Part shown: piece after piece, positions 1-9,807 of the stretch
Layout: each line of letters begins with the position of its first letter
Position numbering within the stretch: the first letter of the stretch is position 1
Origin: Barthelona sp. PAP020
Taxonomy: Eukaryota
Direction: 5' to 3'
Length of the DNA stretch: 33,044 nt
Assembly: GCA_040182905.1 (NCBI GenBank)
Contig: JARQWU010000099.1
Span: 1 to 33,044, forward strand
The notes under the pieces: generated by a model
What the model was told of the DNA's origin: nothing
The model's input: only the letters and a program-made list of their open reading frames with translations
Database searches by the model: none
Program-made: the position numbers and the translations under genes

Positions 1-2
1 CA

Positions 3-1637
3 TCTCTTTGGATTAGTGCTTTTAAAGGACATATTAAGATTGTTGAGTTTTTATTGGATTTTGGTGCTGATATTGATTTATGCAATGATAATGGTTATTC
101 AGCACTATATGTTAGTTGTCAGAATGGTCATTTTGATACAGCAAAACTGCTTTTAAAATATGGTGCAAATGTGAATTTATGCGAGTTATCGGGTAGATCT
201 CCACTTTATTGTTGTGTTCAAAAGGGATTTATTGATATGGCAGCCTTTTTATTGAACAATTATGATGTCAACGTCAATTTGGGAACGTCTCTCCTATTCC
301 TTTGTTGTCAAGAAAATAATCTTGATTTTGTCAAAATCCTTTTGGAAATGGGTGCAGATGTTAATTCATGCAACAGTGATGGTGCTTCTTCATTGTATAT
401 TGCTTGCCAATTGGGTTATTTTGAAATTGTCAAATATCTTTTAAGTCATGGTGCTGATGTAAACCTACATCGTAAAGATAGAGCTACTCCCTTGTATATT
501 AGCATTATAAGAGAGCATTTAGAGATTACAGAGTTGCTTTTTGATTATGATGTTGATGTTAACTTATGTTTCAAAGAATATTCTCCATTATATTGTTGTT
601 GCAAATACGGATATCTTGACATTATCGAAAAATTGTTGGACCATGGTGCTGATGTCAATATAAGTCCTAACAATAAGTTTAATCCATTATGTGTCAGTTG
701 CCAGTCTGGTTATTTTGATATCATTCATCTCTTATTAAAGAATGGTGCTGATGTGAACGTATGTGATGCAAATGGTAGTTCTCCATTTTGTTGGTGCATT
801 TCAAAACATTTATTTGACATGGCAGCCTTTTTATTGAACAATTATGATGTAGATCTCAATTTGGGGAAATCTCCCTTCTTTGTTTGTTGTCGAGAAAACA
901 ATCTTGATTTTGTCAAAACCCTTTTGGAAATGGGTGCAGATGTAAATTCATGCAACATTAATGGTGCTTCTTCATTGTATATTGCTTGCGAATTGGGTCA
1001 TTTTGAAATTGTCGAATATCTTTTAGAAATGGGTGCTAATGTCAACTTAGGTTTCACAGAATTTTCTCCGTTGTTTATCAGTTGCAAACAAGGACATCTT
1101 GATATCATCAAAATGTTGTTGGACCATGGTGCTGATGTTAACAAACGTGGTTTTAAGAGGAATTCTCCATTTTCTATCAGTGCCTATCATGGTCATTTGG
1201 ATATTGCTTTGATGCTTTTAAATCGTCCAGAAATTAATGTTAATGGATTCGACATGCATAGATTTTTCAACAGATATTATATGCCCTCTGATTTGTGGGA
1301 TGCGCACAAAGAATCGTCGGGAAAGTGTTATATTGACTTTCAAAAGTCTGGAGAGCCATCAACCGAAGGAGATGTTGATGTGACATTTTATCACGTTTCT
1401 CAATCTCAACTGATTGAATTAGTCAAAAATCAAGGATATCTCATATCGACACTTGTTTTAGTGGAGGCAAAAAGTTCTCTAATACGAAAATTTGTTACTT
1501 CCGGCGTATATATGAATCAAATGGACTTTGACTTAGTTATTAATACATGTTGGGATCTAGTCGACATTAATAAAAGGAATGGTGGCAATATGCATCAATA
1601 CATTGATGAAAATGCTGATGAAAGTGATGATGATTAA
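3..1637 (+). CDS. Ankyrin-repeat protein, 5'-truncated by the window edge
   Basis: The frame is open from base 3 (SLWISAFKGHIKIVEFLLD). It has about 13 ankyrin units (e.g. SALYVSCQNGHFDTAKLLLKYGANVN), then a non-repeat C-terminus ending in an acidic tail and TAA at 1635-1637. Confidence 0.95.
   Translation, partial: SLWISAFKGHIKIVEFLLDFGADIDLCNDNGYSALYVSCQNGHFDTAKLLLKYGANVNLCELSGRSPLYCCVQKGFIDMAAFLLNNYDVNVNLGTSLLFLCCQENNLDFVKILLEMGADVNSCNSDGASSLYIACQLGYFEIVKYLLSHGADVNLHRKDRATPLYISIIREHLEITELLFDYDVDVNLCFKEYSPLYCCCKYGYLDIIEKLLDHGADVNISPNNKFNPLCVSCQSGYFDIIHLLLKNGADVNVCDANGSSPFCWCISKHLFDMAAFLLNNYDVDLNLGKSPFFVCCRENNLDFVKTLLEMGADVNSCNINGASSLYIACELGHFEIVEYLLEMGANVNLGFTEFSPLFISCKQGHLDIIKMLLDHGADVNKRGFKRNSPFSISAYHGHLDIALMLLNRPEINVNGFDMHRFFNRYYMPSDLWDAHKESSGKCYIDFQKSGEPSTEGDVDVTFYHVSQSQLIELVKNQGYLISTLVLVEAKSSLIRKFVTSGVYMNQMDFDLVINTCWDLVDINKRNGGNMHQYIDENADESDDD
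237..1025 (+). repeat. Intragenic direct duplication in the ankyrin gene (about 237-443 vs about 819-1025, offset 582 nt)
   Basis: Near-identical nucleotide blocks starting ATGGCAGCCTTTTTATTGAACAATTATGATGT and containing CTTTTGGAAATGGGTGCAGATGT and GGTGCTTCTTCATTGTATATTGCTTGC occur twice. Confidence 0.9.
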
Positions 1638-2203
1638 GTTTAACCGGCAAATTTTTGAGGAACACGTTTCTTTTTGGTTATTTATTATATTAAATTCTGA
1701 ACTGTTTATATCCAACTCTTATATGTAGGGGTTGTGGCTGAGAAGTTGGCAGCTTGATCTTTCTTTCACTCTGGCATATAAAAAAATATAATTCTGAAAA
1801 ATGGACAATACTGCAACAAATAAACGGTTGTCAATCAGAACTTTTGAAAGTTTGGGGAAATTTTTCTTTCTAAATTGGCCAAAAATCCCTTCCACATTGA
1901 TTGACTTTTGGTGTAAACTGTCACTTTCTTTTCGTGCGAGTATAAAATACTTTTGAGTTGGACATGTTCAGACGTTTGGATGTTAGAAATTTCACTGTTT
2001 CAACTCAAAAATCAGTAAAAACCTTTATTATTCTTGTTTTCAGTTAGAGTTTGGGGGTACTTGCAACTGAGTAGTTTTGCCCGGAACACTCTCAAAAAAG
2101 AAAAGAAATACTTCCAGTTTAGATGAGGCGATTATCTAAATTAAAGTTCAATGATCTTTTCCCTTCTTACCAAAGAATTTTGATTGTTCTTCTGTGGGTT
2201 TCT

Positions 2204-2390
2204 TTGATGAAACCTTATAATTTTTTGCCAACCTATTGTGTACATTTGTATCCTCATTCTTAGCATTCTTACGATTTCATGTTATTGCTTGAGCTTTTCA
2301 ATTTTGAAAACCATTAATATCAGAAATTGCAAGAAGAAATCTTAAACACATTTATATTGTTTTTAAGTGAAATCCGTCCGCTTTGCTGCG
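2204..2390 (-). repeat. Dispersed repeat B, copy 1 (inverted homologue of about 32855-33044); possibly a decayed gene or TE
   Basis: The reverse complement of 2320-2351 is identical over 32 nt to 32898-32929 (ATGTGTTTAAGATTTCTTCTTGCAATTTCTGA), and the flanks align with substitutions and small indels. Confidence 0.85.
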
Positions 2391-2829
2391 AACACAAATG
2401 ATCATAAAAAACCCTTTTATATTGATTGTAGGATGTGAAATTGGATAGTTTGTGTTGTTGAAACGTGCTATAAATTTGATTTGTGAAATGAAGGCTCTTT
2501 ATTAAAATGAAAGTACTTTTTGAGTTTTTAGCAGTGTGTTTTTGCAAGATTTCAAATTTTGCAATATTTTATGAGGATTGAATAATCTTTTTTATTCGGT
2601 AAAACTTTTCTCATTGCTTTTCCAGTAAAAATCAGCTAAAAGTTTCAACTTTGAAGTTCTTACATTGTAATTGCTTTGTTTGAAAAACAATGAATATCTG
2701 TCTCATACATTTCTTCCTTCATCTTTTCAATGTTTCGAAATTTTGCTGTTGGAATTTTTGATTGAAAAAGAAAAAGCAATCTATTTTTACAAAACGATTT
2801 TTCATGGCAAAACAATCGTATGACCATAG

Positions 2830-4101
2830 TTAATGCAATCTCCAGGGAGCAGTTAATTTCTCAATAATTTCTTGAGTTAAAAAAGTTCTTCCAAATTCAG
2901 ATTTCTTTAAAATGGATCTACAAGAAGCTAAATTCACAGGTAAACTGTCTGTTCCATTTTCCTTCAGGTCTTCCATGTTATTTTCTGAAATTGGTTCCAA
3001 GATTGGTTTGGGAGGCATGATTTGATTCTTGATTCCTTCCAAACCAGCTTTTACGAGAGCAGAAGCTAACAAATGACTACTGCAAGTGGAATCTCCGGCT
3101 CTAAATTCAGCACGTGTCAACCAATCAGTCTTGCAGTGGGGAATTCTAATCAAAGCTGTCCTATTATTGGGTCCCCAAACCCCAAGTGTTGGAGCTTCAT
3201 ATCCAACTTTTAATCTTTCGAAAGAAGATTCAGTTCTGGCAAAAACTGAAGCGATTAATCGGCATTCTTTTAATATACCACCAATCCAATACAAACCAAT
3301 ATCAGAGATGTTGAAATCTTTATCAGAATCATGAAAGATGTATTCACCATCTAAAGTCTCCAATTTCATATGAGTGTGTAAACCAGAGCCATTTAGGTCA
3401 GGGAAAGGTTTTGGGTCAAAATTTGCTTCAAAACCAAATTCTTCTGCAAGAATTTCACACAAATATCTAGTTCTCATTAATTGATCACAAGCTTCAACAG
3501 GTGTAGTTAAAAATAAGGCAATTTCTTGCTGTCCTTTGGCCACTTCATGATGTGAACGACAACATTCTATTCCCATCTTTTTCATTCTTCGGGTTAATTC
3601 TCTTCTGAATCTTACTCCTTTATCCTGAGGTGCTGAACTCATATAGCCTGCATCGTCAATAGGCTTGCCATCTTTAAGTAAAAAGAATTCCATTTCAAAA
3701 GAAATGAAGGCTTTCATCGACATATGAGCTAATTCATCCTCAATTGATTTACAAAGAGTACGTGGATCAGTTAAACAAGGAGTATCATCGAGATTATACA
3801 GATAACACATGCAAAGGGCAGTCAATTCATTATCATACTCCATTGTATGTAACGTAGCCCAGTCAGGACGAACCAAAACATCAGAATTGTGTGTTTGGGT
3901 GATATTTATACTTGAACCATCAACCGTAAAACCATTCTTAAAAATAGTTTCTAATTTCGATGTGTTTTCTTCCATAGTAAATAATTCACCATTTAATCCA
4001 ACAACTTGGAACCATATGTAATCAAGATTGTTGTTTTCAACAAAGTTTGAAATCTCTTCAAATGTAGCAATATTCGTTCTACTGGAGTAATCTTCTTTCA
4101 T
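2830..4101 (-). CDS. glnA: Glutamine synthetase, type I (prokaryotic GSI-alpha-like), C-terminally short
   Basis: GSI motifs DGSSI, LVRPD, EMEFFL, HHEVAKGQQEI, PKPFPDLNGSGLHTH, GYEAP, NRTALIRIP and RAEFR are present. The likely start is the ATG at 4101 (MKEDYSS). Confidence 0.93.
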   Translation of the reverse strand: MKEDYSSRTNIATFEEISNFVENNNLDYIWFQVVGLNGELFTMEENTSKLETIFKNGFTVDGSSINITQTHNSDVLVRPDWATLHTMEYDNELTALCMCYLYNLDDTPCLTDPRTLCKSIEDELAHMSMKAFISFEMEFFLLKDGKPIDDAGYMSSAPQDKGVRFRRELTRRMKKMGIECCRSHHEVAKGQQEIALFLTTPVEACDQLMRTRYLCEILAEEFGFEANFDPKPFPDLNGSGLHTHMKLETLDGEYIFHDSDKDFNISDIGLYWIGGILKECRLIASVFARTESSFERLKVGYEAPTLGVWGPNNRTALIRIPHCKTDWLTRAEFRAGDSTCSSHLLASALVKAGLEGIKNQIMPPKPILEPISENNMEDLKENGTDSLPVNLASCRSILKKSEFGRTFLTQEIIEKLTAPWRLH

Positions 4102-4526
4102 AATCGTAAATAAAAAATAGATATAGGTATCAAAGAAGAATTCTTTTATTTTGTTAAATTGAAACAGCACTGTTAATAAAAAACAAAAAAATTAACAATT
4201 TTTTACAAAACAAAGAATCATCCTTTTTTTTCAAATCATTGACAATAATAATTATTGTGATAATTCTTGTCAGAATAGACCAATTTTCAGAGAATTTTTT
4301 TTTTGGACTTCTAAAAAGCTTTAAATTATGTTTATTTTGTTTAAAAATGTACATTATATTGAAATATAAGCTAATTTATTTTAAAGTATCGTTTTATAAA
4401 AATTATTTCCTTTACAAAATTTTGATTCTTTTCAAAAGAAATCCGTTCTTTCGGTACTTTTGAATAAAAATCATTTTATTATCATTTGAAAAGCATTTGG
4501 TTGAAATTAAAAAAAAATTGGTTTTA

Positions 4527-5339
4527 TTATTTTCTTTTACCGATAAATAAGATCATTGGTCTTCCATCTTCGGTGTATTCAATTGATAATTCTAAAATTT
4601 CGAAGAATTCTTGAAAATTTGTTTCAATTTCATTGATCGTTGTTAGAGCTGAAGCCTTTTTGGGGTGGCATTTTCCAATTTTGCTAGCGTTTTCTTCAAA
4701 CATTGACAATATCAGAATTCCATTTTGACTGATCTTTTCATAAAATTCATTCCATAACAACCTATTTAGATATCGGACACAAATTATAATGTCAGACACA
4801 ACATCCAAACTAGGACATTTGCTTAAATCTTGATTACTCAAATTTTTATCACACTCATTGAAAAGTTTTTCAAATGCATGACTCGCTCTTTTCAGTATTA
4901 TTTCTCTGTTGTCAATTCCAATGCATTTACATTGAATATTATGTGTAAATAATGCTTTTGACAGATAGACTAGATCCCTACAAACACCACAACCAACATC
5001 AGTTATTATGATTTGTGTTTTGTGTGATAAATATTTTAAAACAAAAGGAAACGCACGTTTAATACAGTTTGCAGGATAAAATGGCAATGCAATGTCTAAT
5101 TTGCTTAATGTGTCTGATTTATGAAACTCTTCAACAATGTTCTCACCAATTTCATGAACAAAAGTGGCAATGTAATTCGACAGTAAAAAATCTTCGCATA
5201 TGGGCAAATCTTCTTTTGATATAAATACAGTTAATTCTGACCCATTCGTAGGTAACAAATATTTTTCTTCTTGAAGATCATTTGGATTGAAATAGGGAAA
5301 GACAGTTGAATTTTCTTCAATAAGATTCAAAAATTTCAT
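4527..5339 (-). CDS. Class I SAM-dependent methyltransferase (TehB-like)
   Basis: Motif I DVGCGVCRD, post-I GIDN, IICVRYLNR and GILIL strands are present. The first ATG is at 5339. Confidence 0.8.
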   Translation of the reverse strand: MKFLNLIEENSTVFPYFNPNDLQEEKYLLPTNGSELTVFISKEDLPICEDFLLSNYIATFVHEIGENIVEEFHKSDTLSKLDIALPFYPANCIKRAFPFVLKYLSHKTQIIITDVGCGVCRDLVYLSKALFTHNIQCKCIGIDNREIILKRASHAFEKLFNECDKNLSNQDLSKCPSLDVVSDIIICVRYLNRLLWNEFYEKISQNGILILSMFEENASKIGKCHPKKASALTTINEIETNFQEFFEILELSIEYTEDGRPMILFIGKRK

Positions 5340-5511
5340 TTCATTCAAGTTGTTATGTTAATATTTGAAAATAAATCCTTTAAATAACGATAATCAAGTA
5401 AATAATTATTATGAAAATTCTATTTTCAAGTAATAAAATGTCTTTCTTTTATGATTAGTAATGAGTGAAAAGAAATAAATATTAATTTTTAATCTATTTA
5501 CAGAAAAAATA

Positions 5512-6432
5512 ATGACCAATGAGGGAATTGATGTGGCAAAAGAAGAAAAGAGAATTTTGTTGAAATCTCTATTGGAAGAACAAAATGATAAGAATGTTTC
5601 ATCAAATTCTTCAAGAAAGACAAAAAAATTGTTATTTGAGCAAAATGAAGAATTTTTGAAAGACCAATTGAAAAAGAAAAAGCAGGGCAGATTAATAGAA
5701 CCTAAAAATGAATCAATTTCAATAAAACACTATCATGTCAGAAAAGAAGAAGATTCAACAAATGATGGGACCCTGAACCGATTGATTTCTTTGAAAATGC
5801 TGAGTGAAACTTCAAAGACTCTGCATGAGGCAACAGTTGCAGAAATTTCAAATGCAAGAGAAATAAATGATTTTATTTTTGAAATGTTTATTGAAGAAAG
5901 AAAGGGTCTGCATCTTTACATAGCAGATTTAGAGGAAAGCCTGCTAAAGACAGAAAAAGAATTGAAAATAGAAAAAGAGAGAAGAAAAAATGCAGAAAGG
6001 GCTATGGCAGTGTTAAAAAAGCAAGGCACTCATCTTGTTTCAAAGATATCGAAACTTCTTGATATTCAATTAAACAAGGATGATGCATCTGTTAATTCCC
6101 CTTTTAGTAAAAACAGCGAAGACTTTAAAGATGAAAAATTGAACATTGTGACAGATGATTGTAAAAATGTTTCTCAAACGTTAAAGAAGGCATTATTTTC
6201 TTTTGAAGATCAACTCAAATGTATAAAGAGATCAAAGAATCCGAATTTAATTCCCCAAAGCACGGAAGAAATAGAAATTGAGGATGAAGTGGCCTCTTTT
6301 GAAATAGGTGGGGTTTTAGACATTTCAAACATTTCATCCAAGAGATTTGTCCCATTAAATAGCCCAACAGTTTCAAATGTTGTAATTGTGGAGAATTCGT
6401 TCGAGGATAACCCTAATGTTGCTATTGAATGA
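5512..6432 (+). CDS. Hypothetical coiled-coil protein
   Basis: 306-aa ORF from ATG with an E/K-rich heptad segment (LEESLLKTEKELKIEKERRKNAERAM); no recognised domain. Confidence 0.75.
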   Translation: MTNEGIDVAKEEKRILLKSLLEEQNDKNVSSNSSRKTKKLLFEQNEEFLKDQLKKKKQGRLIEPKNESISIKHYHVRKEEDSTNDGTLNRLISLKMLSETSKTLHEATVAEISNAREINDFIFEMFIEERKGLHLYIADLEESLLKTEKELKIEKERRKNAERAMAVLKKQGTHLVSKISKLLDIQLNKDDASVNSPFSKNSEDFKDEKLNIVTDDCKNVSQTLKKALFSFEDQLKCIKRSKNPNLIPQSTEEIEIEDEVASFEIGGVLDISNISSKRFVPLNSPTVSNVVIVENSFEDNPNVAIE

Positions 6433-6813
6433 ACTCAAAGTCCTCCTCTACAACAAAAAAGCTGCATTTTTTGTTTAAATGATGCTATATTGTGGTTGAC
6501 ACTCCTTTTCTGAACATTTTTTATAATGAAAAAAGGTGATGAATAATTTTTCTTTTGCCTGCTTCACATAACTTCACTTTAATGTTAGAATTCTCCTTTC
6601 AAAATCTCTAATTTTGGGGTTTGTTATTAGAATAAAATTGTTCAATTTGACAGAGAAAGGGTTCTAAATTGTTGTTCTTTTGATTGAATATTTTTGTAAA
6701 AAATTTGATGAAAATAAGCGTAAATCTGACATTAATTATCAATATAGGGTATATTTTGAAGATAAATTGGAAATGAACTATACTTATTTTTTACACTTTC
6801 TTTAAACTTTTGA

Positions 6814-7233
6814 ATGATGGATGAAATCCAAGAAAATGTAATGAAAAGTCTTAAAAATTTGTATGAAAAGCCTAGAATGATAGAATTAATGGAAACACAA
6901 CCATTATCAATACCTTCATTTGTTCTTGTGCATTCTCAAATATCAGAAACAAATTGCAAACTATCCTTAGAAGACATAACATTTCATGAATTTGATAGTT
7001 TTTTGTATGCCGAAGCTGGTGCAATTTTGAGACCTTATATTCATGCCAATAAATTAACCAATGAAGAGTCTAAAAAGATATATAAACAATGTTTACCAAA
7101 GATGTGTAGTTATTTAAAGGGTAGTTCATTGAATAGAAGTAATAGTAAACTTATTCGAGATGCTTTCAGAAAATTTTTGGAAAAACGTATTCAATGTTAT
7201 AGAATTGAACGTAAGAAATCAATGCATGGTTGA
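6814..7233 (+). CDS. Small protein with a C-terminal SRI/PHRF1-SCAF11-type three-helix domain (tentative)
   Basis: ILRPYIHANKLTNEESKKIYKQCLPKM...AFRKFLEKRIQCYR resembles the LKP.Y....ITKEEYK.I.K....KV...YV.KY pattern of Pol II CTD-binding SRI-like domains. Confidence 0.5.
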   Translation: MMDEIQENVMKSLKNLYEKPRMIELMETQPLSIPSFVLVHSQISETNCKLSLEDITFHEFDSFLYAEAGAILRPYIHANKLTNEESKKIYKQCLPKMCSYLKGSSLNRSNSKLIRDAFRKFLEKRIQCYRIERKKSMHG

Positions 7234-7265
7234 TTTTGGACAAAATGATTGTTGATGAAATTTTA

Positions 7266-7577
7266 TTTCATAAATTTAAAAGACTTTTATTTTTATGTTA
7301 ACCCATCACGTTGGGGTTTGGTATAGTTAGAAGTTTTCGATGACGAAGATTTTGGGATGTTCGACGCCTAAAAAAAAAAGAATGCGACCTAAAGGATTAA
7401 ATTCAGTATTCTTGAAGTAAAGAAATGTTCTTGTTGACGTTATCTCCATGTTTGAGGTCTTATCCGGAATTTCTTTGACCTTTGTTGAACTCTCCGAGTA
7501 ATGCTTGTATCTTGACTACTGTCCTATATGTGGGTTATACATGTCTTCTTTATGAAAATGTTTGTAAAATCTTTACA
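7266..7577. repeat. Dispersed repeat A, long copy (inverted homologue of 30267-30501)
   Basis: The reverse complement aligns to 30267-30501 with about 9 substitutions by manual count. About 77 nt (about 7380-7456) are present only in this copy. Confidence 0.95.
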
Positions 7578-7731
7578 CTTTATTTTTTTTTCACAAAGTT
7601 TAATCTTTTGATTAATTGTCTTGGGAAGTTATTTATAAATGAATGACAATTACTTTTCAACAGAGATTTTTTTTTTATAGTTGTGGTTTGTTTGTTTAAG
7701 TAATCAAACGTTTGAGTGAAAATTGATAATA

Positions 7732-9453
7732 ATGACAAGGTATTTACTGTTTCAATTTTCATTATATGGCTTTTTAAAGAATCAAAAATATTTTGAGAAT
7801 TTTTATTTTCCAATTTTTCGATCAAAAGGATTATCTTATGCACAAATAGGTATTTTAGGAGGAGTTTCTGAGGTTGTTGTTAATTTAACTGAAATTCCTT
7901 CTGGTATTATCACTGATAATTTTGGGAGAAGGAGAAGCATGATATTATCATTTTTTTTATATGGTTTGTCTTTTCTTTTTTTAGGAATTTCCACTGAATT
8001 TTGGTTATTATTGATTGGACAGGCATTTTATGGTTTTGCGGATGCATTTCGAAGTGGTACTCATAAGGCTATGATATTACAATATTTGACTATGAATGGA
8101 CGTGAAGATGAAATGGTTGATGTTTATGGGTTTACACGCAGTTGGTCGAAACTAGGATCGGTGATGAATTCCATTATAGCTTTAGTATTTTTGATTATCT
8201 CGTCAAATTTTGAGCAGTTGTTTTTATGGTCCTTGATTCCAGTTATTTTAAATATTGTAAATTTTTGGTTTTATCCCAGTTATATGGATGATAGACCTAT
8301 AAAAGAAGATCCTACAGAAGTTGATTGTGATAAAGAAAAAGAAAATAGTGAAAAAACTGGATTTTTAAACACATTGATCAATACACTTAAGAATACTGTT
8401 TTTTTGGTAATTCTAACGTTATCTGTACTATTTGGAGGTTATTTTAGTACAATTAAGAAATATATTCAGCCTATAATTGAAACGCATTCGTCTGATTTAA
8501 AGATATTTGATCAATGGGAAGAGTATCGTAGTGTTGTGATAATTACGTTATATTATATTGTTGTTAATCTGTTTGGTGCCTTATTTTCTCGCAAAGCAGG
8601 CAAGTTTGCTAAGAAAGCCAAGAATCCTCTCAAATTTTTGACAATAATCATACTTTTTGGAGGATTCTTATATCTATTTTTATTTATTGATAGTTATATT
8701 CAAACACCATTTTCCATTTTATCAGTTTTCTCATATTTTTTGATTGAAGTCATTCAAAACTTGTTTTCTCCAGTTATTGCAGCTTTAATTGGTTTGGTTT
8801 CAAGTAATGACAGTAGAGCAACAGTTTTATCAATTAGGTCTCAATTAAAAGCTTTAGTTAAGGCAATAGGTTCGCCAATATTAGGTATTTATGTGGATTC
8901 TTTACCAGAAAAGGAATTTGGCAGACCAATCGGTTTCGTAGGAATTTTAGTTGTGATTTTATGCTTTGTTTTTGTTTTTATTGGTCAAAAAGTTGGACTT
9001 TATTCGCTAAATCTCAATGAAAAGTCGAAATATAAAAAAAATTCTAGACCAAGCGAGGACATTGTTGCTCAAAATTCAGAAACAAATGTTGATACTTTAT
9101 ATCCTACACAAATGGAGACAATATCTGTTGATATTGGATCTAAATCCGATGTTATTGATGGTCAAAAACAACAAGAAGATAGTCAGTCAATAAATTTATC
9201 GATTCATACTGAATTTGTACTTGAAGCTAATTTTGATGACGATAACTGTGATCAATTGACAATGGGTCAAATCAACTCTGATTTCACTCCTAAAGAGGTA
9301 TTGAAAGAAGATATTGATGAAGAAAATCAAGTGTCTGATGATGATGTTGAGGATGAAGAAAGCAAAGAAATTGGTGTTGTTGATGACATTATAGTTTTTG
9401 ACATTGAAAAAGAGAGTTTTGAAAATAACGAAGATTTTAAACAGGATGAATAG
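7732..9453 (+). CDS. Major facilitator superfamily transporter, bacterial-type, with an acidic C-terminal tail
   Basis: About 12 hydrophobic segments; motif A EIPSGIITDNFGRRRS; FRSGTHKAMI and YGFTRSWSKLGS; a roughly 140-aa D/E-rich tail. ATG at 7732. Confidence 0.9.
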   Translation: MTRYLLFQFSLYGFLKNQKYFENFYFPIFRSKGLSYAQIGILGGVSEVVVNLTEIPSGIITDNFGRRRSMILSFFLYGLSFLFLGISTEFWLLLIGQAFYGFADAFRSGTHKAMILQYLTMNGREDEMVDVYGFTRSWSKLGSVMNSIIALVFLIISSNFEQLFLWSLIPVILNIVNFWFYPSYMDDRPIKEDPTEVDCDKEKENSEKTGFLNTLINTLKNTVFLVILTLSVLFGGYFSTIKKYIQPIIETHSSDLKIFDQWEEYRSVVIITLYYIVVNLFGALFSRKAGKFAKKAKNPLKFLTIIILFGGFLYLFLFIDSYIQTPFSILSVFSYFLIEVIQNLFSPVIAALIGLVSSNDSRATVLSIRSQLKALVKAIGSPILGIYVDSLPEKEFGRPIGFVGILVVILCFVFVFIGQKVGLYSLNLNEKSKYKKNSRPSEDIVAQNSETNVDTLYPTQMETISVDIGSKSDVIDGQKQQEDSQSINLSIHTEFVLEANFDDDNCDQLTMGQINSDFTPKEVLKEDIDEENQVSDDDVEDEESKEIGVVDDIIVFDIEKESFENNEDFKQDE

Positions 9454-9807
9454 AAAAAATGAATTTGTTGCACATAAAAATTTTAATTTTGCATTTTTGC
9501 TTTTTTTTTGTTTTTTTTTTGTTTATATTCAATCAAAGAGTTTTATTGAGTATATAAAATAAAGTTCCGGTGAAAATTTCGTGAAAATACTGTCTTCCAA
9601 AAGTTTTGAAAAGGCAATTTGCCTGCTCTTTTACTAAGCTCACAATTCTTTTTAAAAACTTTTTCCTGGTTCATTCAATTGATAAAAAATTATGGTAATG
9701 TTCTTTTTTACACTTCAGAACGGTCGAATAACAAAAAAAAAAGAAAGTGATAGAAATTCTTTTACTTGATGGTCCTTGAATTTGTTTTATTTGTTTTATT
9801 TGTTTAT

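Noticed and set aside
4154..4463. Short ORFs 4154-4354 (-) and 4239-4463 (+)
   Set aside because: They are low-complexity F/K/I/L translations of AT-rich intergenic DNA; the same applies to 7580-7843, 21850-22071 and 24955-25170.
5461..5511. Possible micro-exon ATGA plus a GTGAAA...TTTACAG intron ahead of the 5512 gene
   Set aside because: It is frame-compatible but adds only four residues and has no independent support.
6470..6730. Possible box C/D snoRNA motifs (TGATGA, CTGA)
   Set aside because: The spacing is wrong or the boxes imperfect, and no terminal stem or recognisable rRNA guide is present.
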